The notes under the pieces: generated by a model
Told to the model about the DNA's origin: nothing
Seen by the model: the letters and a program-made list of their open reading frames with translations, nothing else
The model's database searches: none
Source of the DNA: a virus
Reading direction: 5' to 3' (one strand)
Length of the DNA: 64,000 bases
Virus record (IMG/VR): IMGVR_UViG_3300021963_005267
Coordinates: 42,584 to 106,583 of that record
Made by a program: the position numbers and the translations under genes
Shown: in pieces, positions 19,948 through 28,924 of the stretch
Layout: each line of letters opens with the position of its first letter
Position numbering within the stretch: the first letter of the stretch is position 1

Positions 19948-21090
19948 ATGCTTTTTATCCACGACACTGTAAGTCTTTGTAATACCTGCTACAGGCACGT
20001 TCCTGCTTTTGTGTTTGAACGTGACGGACAAATATTCCTAAAAAAGAAATGTCCATTCCACGGAGAAAGCGAAATATTAGTTGAGCCTGATGCTGCATTA
20101 TTCCATAGTTTAGAATATGTGTCTAGAGATGATCAGTCTATACTATTTGAAATCACTGATAAGTGCCAGCTAGAGTGTCCGCACTGTTATCACTTACCAG
20201 ACAACAAAACACAAGATAGAACGATAGATGATATACTTGAACAATTAAGGTCATTTCCAAAAGAGTCTTTTATAGTAATGGCTGGTGCCGAACCATCACT
20301 AAGACCCGACTTCATTGAAGTAGTAAAATCAATAAGCAGCATGAATCACTTTAATGATAATGCTGTTAACATTCTAACAAACGGTATTAAATTTAGCAGT
20401 GTGTCTTTTTGCGAACGAGCAGTAGATGCTGGGCTGAATAGTGCATTTATAGGATTGAATCATTATTCATATAACGGACCTAATGTGCATCAGCAGCAAC
20501 TTACCGGAATACACAACTTTATTAAAAGCGGCGGTAGAGTTGATATTGTTTCGTATACATTAGAAACATTAGATCATATACCTGATATATTAGACGAAGT
20601 TGCTAGTTTAAAAAATTCAGGTGTTGGACAGTTTAGAATACGATGCGGCAGTTTTATCGGACGCAGTTCTGATAGTCAACGTAGTTACATTAGCAACACG
20701 ATAAAAGCTATCGAAAACTATGTAGGTAAAGAAAATCTCAAGATGATACCGGGAACTGATCACAATCTGTATCACATTAATTTAATGTGGAATGGAGCGA
20801 TGTTACGGATCATACAATGGCCCGATGTTCAATCTATAGACATGGAAGAACTTAACATGGGTCCATACTGTCAGTTCTATGGAAAGCCGATAACAAATTT
20901 CGTTCATCAGGTTATAGTAAGAGATATCTACAAAAATATGAAATTTCCTTTGTATGACGGAGTTCCGAATAAGTTTACGATTTACGGAGATAAAACTTAC
21001 TGGAGAGATACCTTTACTGGTATGAAAGAGATTAGCGATTACGATTACAAATCTAATACATTGTTAGCAGATCGTGTACCCCAATTTTAA
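19948..21090 (+). CDS. Radical SAM protein
   Basis: ITDKCQLECPHCY, GAEP, TNG; N-terminal CNTC...CPFHG. Confidence 0.85.
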   Translation: MLFIHDTVSLCNTCYRHVPAFVFERDGQIFLKKKCPFHGESEILVEPDAALFHSLEYVSRDDQSILFEITDKCQLECPHCYHLPDNKTQDRTIDDILEQLRSFPKESFIVMAGAEPSLRPDFIEVVKSISSMNHFNDNAVNILTNGIKFSSVSFCERAVDAGLNSAFIGLNHYSYNGPNVHQQQLTGIHNFIKSGGRVDIVSYTLETLDHIPDILDEVASLKNSGVGQFRIRCGSFIGRSSDSQRSYISNTIKAIENYVGKENLKMIPGTDHNLYHINLMWNGAMLRIIQWPDVQSIDMEELNMGPYCQFYGKPITNFVHQVIVRDIYKNMKFPLYDGVPNKFTIYGDKTYWRDTFTGMKEISDYDYKSNTLLADRVPQF

Positions 21091-21092
21091 AA

Positions 21093-21689
21093 ATGAAGAT
21101 AGCGATAACCGGACATACAAACGGAATAGGTAAAGAACTAGATCTTTATTATCATAATAAAGGAATAGAAACTAAAACCTATAGCAGATCAACAGGGCAC
21201 GATATATCAGATATCAGTGTTAGAAATAAAATTATCAGTGAAACACTAGACTGTGATGTGTTTATTAATAATGCATACGATACAGTTGGACAAACTGACA
21301 TAGCCTCTAGATGGTTTGAAGAGCATAAAAATTCTCCTCACTTGTTAGTAAACATCAGCAGCATTGCACCCATAGCTGACAGATATATTAGTCCCAGGAT
21401 AAAGCCTGTAGAGTATACAGACTATGTTACACAAAAAAATGAGCTTGATAAAATCAGTTGGGATATTAATTTTGCAGGATTAGCTGCCAAGTGTATAAAT
21501 GTGTCACCGGCTCTAGTCGACACAGACATGGCACATCCAGTCTATATCAAAAGATTTAAAGAGAATAACACTGTTATTAGTCCTAATGAATTGGCCACGA
21601 TGATTGGCGAGTTAGTAGATCAATACTTTAACAAAAAGTGGTTTGTGCCGCACGTTTATCTAATAAACAACGATGCGTTCATTCAATGA
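21093..21689 (+). CDS. Short-chain dehydrogenase/reductase
   Basis: ITGHTNGIG, FINNA, NISS, YxxxK. Confidence 0.85.
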   Translation: MKIAITGHTNGIGKELDLYYHNKGIETKTYSRSTGHDISDISVRNKIISETLDCDVFINNAYDTVGQTDIASRWFEEHKNSPHLLVNISSIAPIADRYISPRIKPVEYTDYVTQKNELDKISWDINFAGLAAKCINVSPALVDTDMAHPVYIKRFKENNTVISPNELATMIGELVDQYFNKKWFVPHVYLINNDAFIQ

Positions 21690-22318
21690 TCTGTTGAAAA
21701 TAAACTAAGCGATAAATTCAAACGCCTCTTGGTGTTATCCATATTTTCTACACTGTGTATTTTTGTTACGTCTAATCTATACCATTCGTCTTTCTGACAA
21801 ATAACAGAATCAACTTTTTGTATGCGATCATATGGTATACAGGTCCTAGGAGTAATTTCTAAATGAGCAAATTCTGGCTTAGGATCATAAAAAACTGTTT
21901 CTACGTTATCACCGCCAGTATCTATGATGTAATTGTATGCAGTGCTCCTCATCAAATCCACGTGTGGAAAAAATATGTTTCCTCCGCGGAATTCGTGGAC
22001 ACTGGCAAAGATTTTACCTAACGGTAAGTTTTCGCTCAGCCATTGATGCACACGGTCTGACACTGTCATAACACTAAAATAACAAACAGCATCACCAAAC
22101 ATCCATTCTGCTTCACCGCTGGGCACACCGAGATTGTTGTCTAAGTTTACATCTAATGGATGCTCGTTGTCTACATCATCTTGCAGTCCCGGAAGCATTA
22201 GAAATCTTTTGTATTCTGTTATAGGAATAAAAGATTGACGGCAACGTTCGAAATCGTTTATAATATCATCGATAATATATTGCGGTAACTTTGGAAAGTT
22301 TGTTTTTTCATATCGCAT
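21683..22318 (-). CDS. Putative cupin / 2OG-Fe(II)-like protein
   Basis: PHVD ... IHSV ... R; start set after a minus-strand TAAATA. Confidence 0.5.
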   Translation of the reverse strand: MRYEKTNFPKLPQYIIDDIINDFERCRQSFIPITEYKRFLMLPGLQDDVDNEHPLDVNLDNNLGVPSGEAEWMFGDAVCYFSVMTVSDRVHQWLSENLPLGKIFASVHEFRGGNIFFPHVDLMRSTAYNYIIDTGGDNVETVFYDPKPEFAHLEITPRTCIPYDRIQKVDSVICQKDEWYRLDVTKIHSVENMDNTKRRLNLSLSLFSTDH

Positions 22319-22374
22319 AGTGAAATATTTATGCACAAAAAAACGATCATAAATATACCAATAAAGGAACTATA

Positions 22375-22614
22375 ATGAAAGCTATTGTATGGAGTAAGTA
22401 TAACTGTCCCTACTGCGATCAAGCAAAAGCACTGCTGACTGCAAAGGGCATTCAATTTGAAGAGCGTAAAATTGGTGACGGATTTACTAAAGAAGATTTA
22501 TTAGAGGCTGTGCCAAATGCTAGAACAGTACCTCAGGTATTTCTAGACGAAAAATTAATAGGTGGCTTCAACGAATTAAGAGCCCACTTGCAAAAGGAAC
22601 AACATGCTAATTGA
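22375..22614 (+). CDS. Glutaredoxin
   Basis: CPYC, TVPQVF, IGGF. Confidence 0.95.
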   Translation: MKAIVWSKYNCPYCDQAKALLTAKGIQFEERKIGDGFTKEDLLEAVPNARTVPQVFLDEKLIGGFNELRAHLQKEQHAN

Positions 22615-22894
22615 TAAAGGCGTTGCAGCCGGAGAAGTAGTAACATTGAAACTTTCTTCCGGAGAAGAAGTTATAGCCAAATTGATTGAGGAAACGGCGA
22701 ATGGTTATAAAATTACCAAACCGTTAGTCCTTAGTATGAGTCAAAAGGGTGTAGGAATGATTCCTTATTTGTTTACCGTTAATCCTTCTAAAGAAATCGT
22801 TATCAACAAAACCCAAGTGACTGTTGTTGCACCAACAGACAAAGACTTTGCCACTCAGTATATAGAAGGTACTACTGGGATAGCGTTAGCATAA
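22604..22894 (+). CDS. Small phage protein (Sm-like fold, tentative)
   Basis: VTLKLSSGEEVIAK pattern. Confidence 0.55.
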   Translation: MLIDKGVAAGEVVTLKLSSGEEVIAKLIEETANGYKITKPLVLSMSQKGVGMIPYLFTVNPSKEIVINKTQVTVVAPTDKDFATQYIEGTTGIALA

Positions 22895-22895
22895 G

Positions 22896-23954
22896 ATGTC
22901 AGGCCGTCCTGCTCAACGTCTAACTGACAAAAACAGCGCCGGTGGTGTTATAGTTAACACCGACGGTAATACCAATGTTTATACAAACAATCTGTTATCG
23001 TCAGTTGACACTAGCGTCGTAGACTATCAGCCAGGAAATACAGCCACAGCCAGCGGTAGTGGCGTTGTGTTTATTGCCAATCAACCGTTTAACTATACTG
23101 ATAATGCAGACGAAGATGGTGCTGTGAGAATCGGTGGTAGTGACAGTGTATATGTGGGCGATGATATAGATCAGGACACAATAGAAACAAGAGCAGTTAA
23201 TGAAGGTGACGAAGAAGATCTATACGAACCAGATCCAGTGGCGCCAGGACAGCCACAACCTACTAGTCGTGGCCAGGTTTACATGGAGAAGCAGGTTGCA
23301 CAAGGTAAAGTTAGCCAGAAAGAATTAAACAAAGCTAACACACCCGTAGAAGGTAATACTGACTCTAAGCCGCCAAACAATCCTACAACATTTGATAGCA
23401 ACTGCGCTGATATACATTTAATATTCAATCCTATTCCTCCTGCTGTTGCACCGACAGGAGATGCAATTGATGCCGTGCCGTTAACTACAGGATGGACTGT
23501 AGGTAGACTTACGCGAAGACCTAATGTAACTTTCAATCATCCATTGAGGGCACCTAGTGTAGGTTTAAGTGTTGAAGAGATTGTATGCAATCTTAAATTG
23601 CTCACAGTAAATTGCATCGTCCCTATAAAGGCTAGGTTTCCAAATGTGTTCATAACTAACACGTTTAGACCATCGGGCATTGGTTCTCCTACTAGTCAAC
23701 ATCCTAGGGGACAAGCTGCTGATATGCAGTTCAGGGGCGTGACTAAAAAAGACTATTTTGAAATAGCACAGGTCATTAAGGATCTAGTACCGTATGACCA
23801 ATTGTTGTTAGAATATAAAACTACAGGTTCAGGGTTACCCTGGATACATATAAGTTTTAACAAAGCAGGTAACCGAAGGCAGGTTTTAACGTTCTTGAAC
23901 GATAGAACTTATGCACAAGGTTTAAAAGATTTATCAGGGACAGCATTACAATGA
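22896..23954 (+). CDS. PAAR-like spike domain fused to peptidase M15 (Zn D-Ala-D-Ala peptidase)
   Basis: N-term RPAQRLTD...GSGVVFIANQP...GSDSVYVG; C-term R...SQH..GQAAD...WIHIS. Confidence 0.7.
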   Translation: MSGRPAQRLTDKNSAGGVIVNTDGNTNVYTNNLLSSVDTSVVDYQPGNTATASGSGVVFIANQPFNYTDNADEDGAVRIGGSDSVYVGDDIDQDTIETRAVNEGDEEDLYEPDPVAPGQPQPTSRGQVYMEKQVAQGKVSQKELNKANTPVEGNTDSKPPNNPTTFDSNCADIHLIFNPIPPAVAPTGDAIDAVPLTTGWTVGRLTRRPNVTFNHPLRAPSVGLSVEEIVCNLKLLTVNCIVPIKARFPNVFITNTFRPSGIGSPTSQHPRGQAADMQFRGVTKKDYFEIAQVIKDLVPYDQLLLEYKTTGSGLPWIHISFNKAGNRRQVLTFLNDRTYAQGLKDLSGTALQ

Positions 23955-24361
23955 AAAAATTATTTTGGAACGTATTAGGATTTTTAAGTTTAGGAATGGC
24001 CTATATTGGTGTTATTACTCCGGGCATTCCCTACAGTCCGTTCGTAGTATTTGCCGCATATTGTTTTAGCAAAGGCAGCGAACGCATGCACCGTTGGATT
24101 TATAATCATAAGTTATTTGGACCATTCCTAACTAATTGGAATACCAAACGTGTATTTCCACAAAAGATGAAATACTTTATGATCGGTATGATGTCATTAA
24201 GTTTAATACTAATGTATACTGGAGGTGTTAAGCCAATTGGTATCGTTAGCACAGCTATATTCATGGCATTAGTAGCAATTTGGGCTTGGAGATTTCCAAG
24301 CAGTGTTGAAGAACACGATCGTAGAAAAGAAGCAGGGGAGAAAATAGGTTGGCTAAAATAA
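23951..24361 (+). CDS. ybaN: YbaN/DUF454 inner-membrane protein
   Basis: LGMAYIGVITPGIPYSPFVVFAAYCFSKGSERMHRW...FGPFL signature. Confidence 0.85.
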   Translation: MKKLFWNVLGFLSLGMAYIGVITPGIPYSPFVVFAAYCFSKGSERMHRWIYNHKLFGPFLTNWNTKRVFPQKMKYFMIGMMSLSLILMYTGGVKPIGIVSTAIFMALVAIWAWRFPSSVEEHDRRKEAGEKIGWLK

Positions 24362-24606
24362 CTATAGAAGAACTTTGCGATATCGCATTCGCTGCTGAAG
24401 AGGGCGACCCAATTGATTGGGGAGTGTTTGCAGATGGCAAAGAACAGGCAATGAGAATGATTGGTACTAGCATTTTGGACCAATTTGACAAAGATATTGT
24501 AACGGACGAAGATCGTTTGATTATGCTGTCTACTATTACTAAGTTAGTAACAGAAAATTTCGTTTTGAACGCAAAGCTCTTGCAATTAACCAAGAAAGAT
24601 AGTTAA
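24349..24606 (+). CDS. Hypothetical phage protein
   Basis: 85-aa ORF. Confidence 0.6.
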   Translation: MAKITIEELCDIAFAAEEGDPIDWGVFADGKEQAMRMIGTSILDQFDKDIVTDEDRLIMLSTITKLVTENFVLNAKLLQLTKKDS

Positions 24607-24609
24607 ATA

Positions 24610-24693
24610 ATGTTGTTAGATCTTTTATTTTTAGCAATCATTGGTGCCGCTTTCTATTGGTGGATTGATTGGCGCAACAAACATAAGGAATGA
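24610..24693 (+). CDS. Very small membrane peptide (27 aa)
   Basis: MLLDLLFLAIIGAAFYWWIDWRNKHKE; fills an intergenic gap. Confidence 0.4.
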   Translation: MLLDLLFLAIIGAAFYWWIDWRNKHKE

Positions 24694-24695
24694 TT

Positions 24696-24779
24696 ATGGG
24701 ACGATTAGTTCAAAAAAGAGCAGCAAAGACGAAAAAAGCTCAACGTCAAAAAGATACACGCAGAGCTCGTAGTAAGTAA
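24696..24779 (+). CDS. Very small basic peptide (27 aa)
   Basis: MGRLVQKRAAKTKKAQRQKDTRRARSK with AAGGA SD. Confidence 0.5.
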   Translation: MGRLVQKRAAKTKKAQRQKDTRRARSK

Positions 24780-24860
24780 TCATGGCTAGAAAATGGCGAG
24801 CACATCATAAGAGCTCTGTTCGTGCAACAGCACGTAGAGTTCTTAAGAAACGTAAGTAAA

Positions 24861-25215
24861 GAATTGTTGTAACTCCTTCAAAGCGAAGGACTCTTGGACG
24901 CGGGTTCGACTCCCGCCAGGTCCACCATAAAATGTTTTTGTTGAGCTTGATGCTTTGACTGATCAACATAGCTACATAGGGTAGATAAGAACATTTTATA
25001 ATGGGCCTGCACTGGTTTCGACAGGGGTAGATAGTAGAGACGGCAACACGGTAGGCGATGACCGTAAATCAAGCAAAACAAGTAAACGCAAACGCATTTA
25101 CATCACAAGAGTTATTCGTAGTTAAAAGCGTTAAATTCGCTGCTAACGACGAAATGCTACAAGCAGCCTAATAAGCAACTCCGGGGCAGTTATGCCTTGT
25201 TACCCAAAATAACAG
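24861..25215 (+). ncRNA. ssrA: Circularly permuted (two-piece) tmRNA; outer ends approximate
   Basis: T-arm plus CAGGTCC-ACCA (ends 24927) precedes GGGCCTG (25003), giving an acceptor stem with G3.U70; tag frame 25088-25171 ends LQAA. Confidence 0.92.
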
Positions 25216-25243
25216 AAATGGCTACTTCGGTAGCCATTTTTTT
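25216..25243 (+). terminator. Rho-independent terminator
   Basis: AAATGGCTAC-TTCG-GTAGCCATTT plus T run. Confidence 0.85.
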
Positions 25244-25244
25244 A

Positions 25245-25273
25245 TTGACAACATCCTAAAAGTATCATACACT
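25245..25273 (+). promoter_or_regulatory. Sigma70-type promoter
   Basis: TTGACA-N17-TACACT. Confidence 0.6.
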
Positions 25274-25314
25274 TAACCCGTAAACACATTTATCAACTCT
25301 TTTTGAAAGCTTTT

Positions 25315-26391
25315 ATGTCTTACTTTCTTAAATCAGGAAACACGTTCAAAGTCAGCACCAAAGAAGCAATGGATCTACACGATCACTTGCCCGTTGGTAC
25401 TTACACAGTTGGCTTTGACAAAATGAACGGTAATTTCTTCCTAGAGGAAATTGATTCATTTGAAATCAAAGGCAAGCTCTACGGAGATACCACACGTCAT
25501 GCAGATCGAATCATTAGGACCTTTAATGATCGAGGTGCCAGCACCGGTGTAATGCTTACTGGTGAAAAGGGCAGCGGTAAAACACTACTGACCAAGCAGA
25601 TCGCTATTAATGCTGCCAAAGAAGGTGTACCAACTATCGTTATCAATCAACCATGGTGCGGTGAAGGATTTAATGCTTTTATGCAAATGATCGAGCAGCC
25701 TACTATTGTGTTGTTTGATGAGTTTGAAAAAGTGTATGATCGTGATGATCAGGAAAAGATGCTGACCTTGCTTGACGGTGTATATCCTAGCAAGAAACTG
25801 TTCTTGTTGACCTGTAACGACAAGTGGCGTGTAGATAGCCATATGCGTAATCGTCCAGGCCGTATCTTTTACATGATTGACTTCAAAGGCCTTGACATGG
25901 ATTTCATCAAAGAATACTGCGAGGATAATCTAGAAGCCAAAGAACACATTATGACTATCTGCCGTATCGCTAGCTTGTTCGGCCAGTTTAACTTTGATAT
26001 GCTCAAAGCAATGGTTGAAGAAATGAATCGCTACGGCGAAACTCCTCAAGATGTTCTTAAGCTGTTGAATGCTAAACCAGAGTTCAGCGATGAATCTCGT
26101 TACAAAGTTGAACTGCAAGTTGATGGTATTGATATCAAAGACGAAGTTGTTGAGACTCGCGAATGGCATGGTAATCCTCTCATCAAAGGTGTTAGCATTG
26201 ATTACAAAAAGATCGATGGCAAAGATGATGACGGTGATGATGTTTGGGATTGGGAACACTTGGCATTTACTACTAACGATCTTAAGCAGGTCGATCCTAA
26301 TACTAACAAGTTCATTTTTATGGATGACGATGGTAACCGTTTGGTGCTGACTAAGATCAAAGAAAAGAGCTGGCACTATGATGCTTTCTAA
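25315..26391 (+). CDS. AAA+ ATPase
   Basis: Walker A GEKGSGKT, Walker B VLFDEFEK, NRPGR. Confidence 0.9.
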   Translation: MSYFLKSGNTFKVSTKEAMDLHDHLPVGTYTVGFDKMNGNFFLEEIDSFEIKGKLYGDTTRHADRIIRTFNDRGASTGVMLTGEKGSGKTLLTKQIAINAAKEGVPTIVINQPWCGEGFNAFMQMIEQPTIVLFDEFEKVYDRDDQEKMLTLLDGVYPSKKLFLLTCNDKWRVDSHMRNRPGRIFYMIDFKGLDMDFIKEYCEDNLEAKEHIMTICRIASLFGQFNFDMLKAMVEEMNRYGETPQDVLKLLNAKPEFSDESRYKVELQVDGIDIKDEVVETREWHGNPLIKGVSIDYKKIDGKDDDGDDVWDWEHLAFTTNDLKQVDPNTNKFIFMDDDGNRLVLTKIKEKSWHYDAF

Positions 26392-27049
26392 AAGTATTTG
26401 GGATCTAGAGGTTGCAGTTGAGGAAGTATTTGAAACTTCCTCGACTGAGCCAATAGAGGAAAAAAGCATACAAAAGTTTGCTACAGTCCACCCTGATGAT
26501 TTTGAGCCTGTAACTATTGTTTCTCCCGATCTTAAGAATGGACCTTGGATCGCCGGAGGAGCAGTGTTACAGTGGTATCAAGGTCAGCCTGTTAATCACA
26601 GCGACATAGATATATTCTGCAAGGACGAGAATCAGATTGCAGATCTGTTGAATACATTTTATTCTAGAGACCATAGTAAAAAATGGTCTAGTGATAATGC
26701 AGAAACGTTTGATTACTATCGAAGAAAAGATAATAAAACCTGGAGGATCCAGGTAATCAAAAGACGTACCTTTAAATCTATACAAGATGTTATTGACAGC
26801 TTTGATATCAGTGTATGTCAGATTGCCACTGCTGGCAATGAGTATATCACCGGATCAAAAACTATCGAGGATATAAAAAATAAGAAGTTACGATTCAAAT
26901 ATCCTCTACAGCCCGATGCTGTAAAAAGATATACCAAATATGTTTGTTATGGTTATCTTCCCGATCCAGATCTTTGTAAAGCCATAGCAGAAAATGAAGA
27001 TTCCAAATGGAATTTTAATATGCAGGAAGATTACAACAATGCGTTCTGA
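26378..27049 (+). CDS. Nucleotidyltransferase (CCA/poly(A) polymerase head-like)
   Basis: IAGGAV...SDIDIF and FDISVCQIA. Confidence 0.65.
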   Translation: MMLSKSIWDLEVAVEEVFETSSTEPIEEKSIQKFATVHPDDFEPVTIVSPDLKNGPWIAGGAVLQWYQGQPVNHSDIDIFCKDENQIADLLNTFYSRDHSKKWSSDNAETFDYYRRKDNKTWRIQVIKRRTFKSIQDVIDSFDISVCQIATAGNEYITGSKTIEDIKNKKLRFKYPLQPDAVKRYTKYVCYGYLPDPDLCKAIAENEDSKWNFNMQEDYNNAF

Positions 27050-27410
27050 ACACAGTTGGAGTTTGTTGACTCCTAAACCAATACACTTGTTTTTAAAATC
27101 ACACGGCGAATACATTACTTTCTGGAATGGAATAGTAATGCCATATAGTGCAGCTCTGTGCGTAGGACTAGAACTGATAGGCATATGGCCTAGTCCTGAA
27201 ATGAAAGAAAAGATACATCAAACCTTTGAAAAACTCTACTATACAGGAGCATTTCAAAATAGGAACTGGGATAGAATTGCAGAAAGCAAAGATATCCTTA
27301 ATTACTACAAGCGAAAAATGCAACCTCACGTAGTAAATCATTTTAAAAATTACACAGGGCCCGAGTTATTTGAAATGTTTGATTTGACAAAAGCGAGAGT
27401 TGAAGAATGA
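27039..27410 (+). CDS. Hypothetical protein
   Basis: ORF overlapping the upstream stop; start at MRSEH is tentative. Confidence 0.55.
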   Translation: MRSEHSWSLLTPKPIHLFLKSHGEYITFWNGIVMPYSAALCVGLELIGIWPSPEMKEKIHQTFEKLYYTGAFQNRNWDRIAESKDILNYYKRKMQPHVVNHFKNYTGPELFEMFDLTKARVEE

Positions 27411-27520
27411 ACGAAATTTTGCAATATATTTTAGTCAGTTTGGCAGTGTTGGTCATCGTTGTTAATATAGCCACTACCCTAAGTCCGAGGTTCCGTCGAT
27501 GGGTATATTCTAAAGATTAG
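27407..27520 (+). CDS. Small membrane peptide (37 aa)
   Basis: MNEILQYILVSLAVLVIVVNIATTLSPRFRRWVYSKD; ATGA overlap with the upstream stop; ends in TAG. Confidence 0.45.
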   Translation: MNEILQYILVSLAVLVIVVNIATTLSPRFRRWVYSKD

Positions 27521-27640
27521 AAATTAAATTCGGTAAGAAATTTTACACACACATAGACTAATAGATATATAAACTCATACTTTGCCGCGAAGTCAGAGAC
27601 ACACAAACAGTGGCAGGTATTCATTAAAAAGGAATTGAAA

Positions 27641-28198
27641 ATGAAAAAATTAGTAATCTTAGCCTCATTTTTGGCTGCAAGTACAGCATTTGCCGGTGGA
27701 TTCGGCAGTGTTGAGTATAGTGATCGCGACGGAGTGAACGGTAATGCAGATGCTCGTGCAACGAAAGTGACCATGGGTACAGATATTAATAGCATGCTCA
27801 AAGCTGATATTAGTTTACGTCAAAAGACCAACACCAGCAACGATCTCAGCGACACACGTCTAGAAGCTGGTCTAACTGCTACACAACCAATTGGTGGTAC
27901 AGGCCTTAGCGTTTACGGCCGCGGTGCTATTGGTGAAAAGTTTAAGACTTCAACAGACTATACCTACTACAGCGTAGAACCAGGCTTGAAGTATGCAGTA
28001 ACACCAGCACTTTCAGTTAAAGCAGGATATCGTTATCGTGCAGCTACTGACAGCGTGAATGCAGATACAACACGTACCTGGAGAGCAGGAGTTGAGTATG
28101 CTGTAACTAAAAACTACTTTGTTGGTCTAGGATATGACCGTGTTCGTGGCGACAGCGAATACAATGCAACAAACTTTGTAGTTGGTTTCAAGTTCTAA
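27641..28198 (+). CDS. Outer-membrane beta-barrel protein (porin-like)
   Basis: Signal peptide, alternating beta-strands, C-terminal VGFKF. Confidence 0.85.
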   Translation: MKKLVILASFLAASTAFAGGFGSVEYSDRDGVNGNADARATKVTMGTDINSMLKADISLRQKTNTSNDLSDTRLEAGLTATQPIGGTGLSVYGRGAIGEKFKTSTDYTYYSVEPGLKYAVTPALSVKAGYRYRAATDSVNADTTRTWRAGVEYAVTKNYFVGLGYDRVRGDSEYNATNFVVGFKF

Positions 28199-28215
28199 TT
28201 GAAACTACTTCACAC

Positions 28216-28237
28216 AAGGCCCTTAGGGGCCTTTTTA
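28216..28237 (+). terminator. Rho-independent terminator
   Basis: AAGGCCC-TTAG-GGGCCTT plus T run. Confidence 0.8.
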
Positions 28238-28251
28238 TTTCTAAATTTGAT

Positions 28252-28288
28252 ATTGATTTTTTCAATTACGGTAATAGAAATAATTATT
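28252..28288 (+). promoter_or_regulatory. Putative OxyR-type operator upstream of ahpC
   Basis: ATTG-N7-CAAT-N7-ATAG-N7-TATT resembles ATAG-N7-CTAT-N7-ATAG-N7-CTAT. Confidence 0.45.
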
Positions 28289-28384
28289 AAAAAAACCTAT
28301 TGAAATTGCATTTTAATAGGATATATAATGTACATACACAACAAAATGTTGTAGAAGTTTTCAAACACAGACTAAGGAGATACT

Positions 28385-28924
28385 ATGAAAACAGTTGGTG
28401 ATAAATTAGATGCATTTGCATTAGTAGGCGTTAAGCCAGGACAACCAGAAGATGCTTTCTTTGACATTACAGAAAAGTCATATGAAGGCAAGTGGAAAGT
28501 AATCGTTTACTATCCAAAAGATTTTACATTTGTATGCCCAACCGAGATCGTTGCCTATGACAAGCTGGCAAAAGATTTTGAAGACCGTGATGCTGTATTG
28601 CTTACTGGTAGTACAGACAACGAGTTCTGTAAAGTTTCATGGCAAAATGCTCATAGCGATCTTAAGAAAATCAAGCACGTTCAGTTTGCTGACACACAGC
28701 GCGGAGAACTAAGCCTAATCAATCAGTTAGGTGTGTTCTATGCTCCTGCTGGTGCCGCACTTCGTGCAACATTCATTGTTGATCCTAACAACGAAATCCA
28801 GCACGTTACTGTCAACAACTTGAACGTTGGTCGTAGTCCAGAAGAAACACTTCGTGTATTAGATGCGCTACAAACTGGCGAACTATGTGCATGTAATCGT
28901 GCTGTAGGCGGAGAGACACTATAA
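28385..28924 (+). CDS. ahpC: Peroxiredoxin AhpC
   Basis: YPKDFTFVCPTE; ELCACN. Confidence 0.95.
   Translation: MKTVGDKLDAFALVGVKPGQPEDAFFDITEKSYEGKWKVIVYYPKDFTFVCPTEIVAYDKLAKDFEDRDAVLLTGSTDNEFCKVSWQNAHSDLKKIKHVQFADTQRGELSLINQLGVFYAPAGAALRATFIVDPNNEIQHVTVNNLNVGRSPEETLRVLDALQTGELCACNRAVGGETL

Noticed and set aside
18434-21090. Radical SAM genes as PqqE partners for pqqA
   Set aside because: No C-terminal SPASM cysteine pattern is visible, no PqqD-like gene is seen, and they lie more than 8 kb away.
24878-25081. Minus-strand 67-aa ORF
   Set aside because: It is the antisense shadow of the tmRNA.
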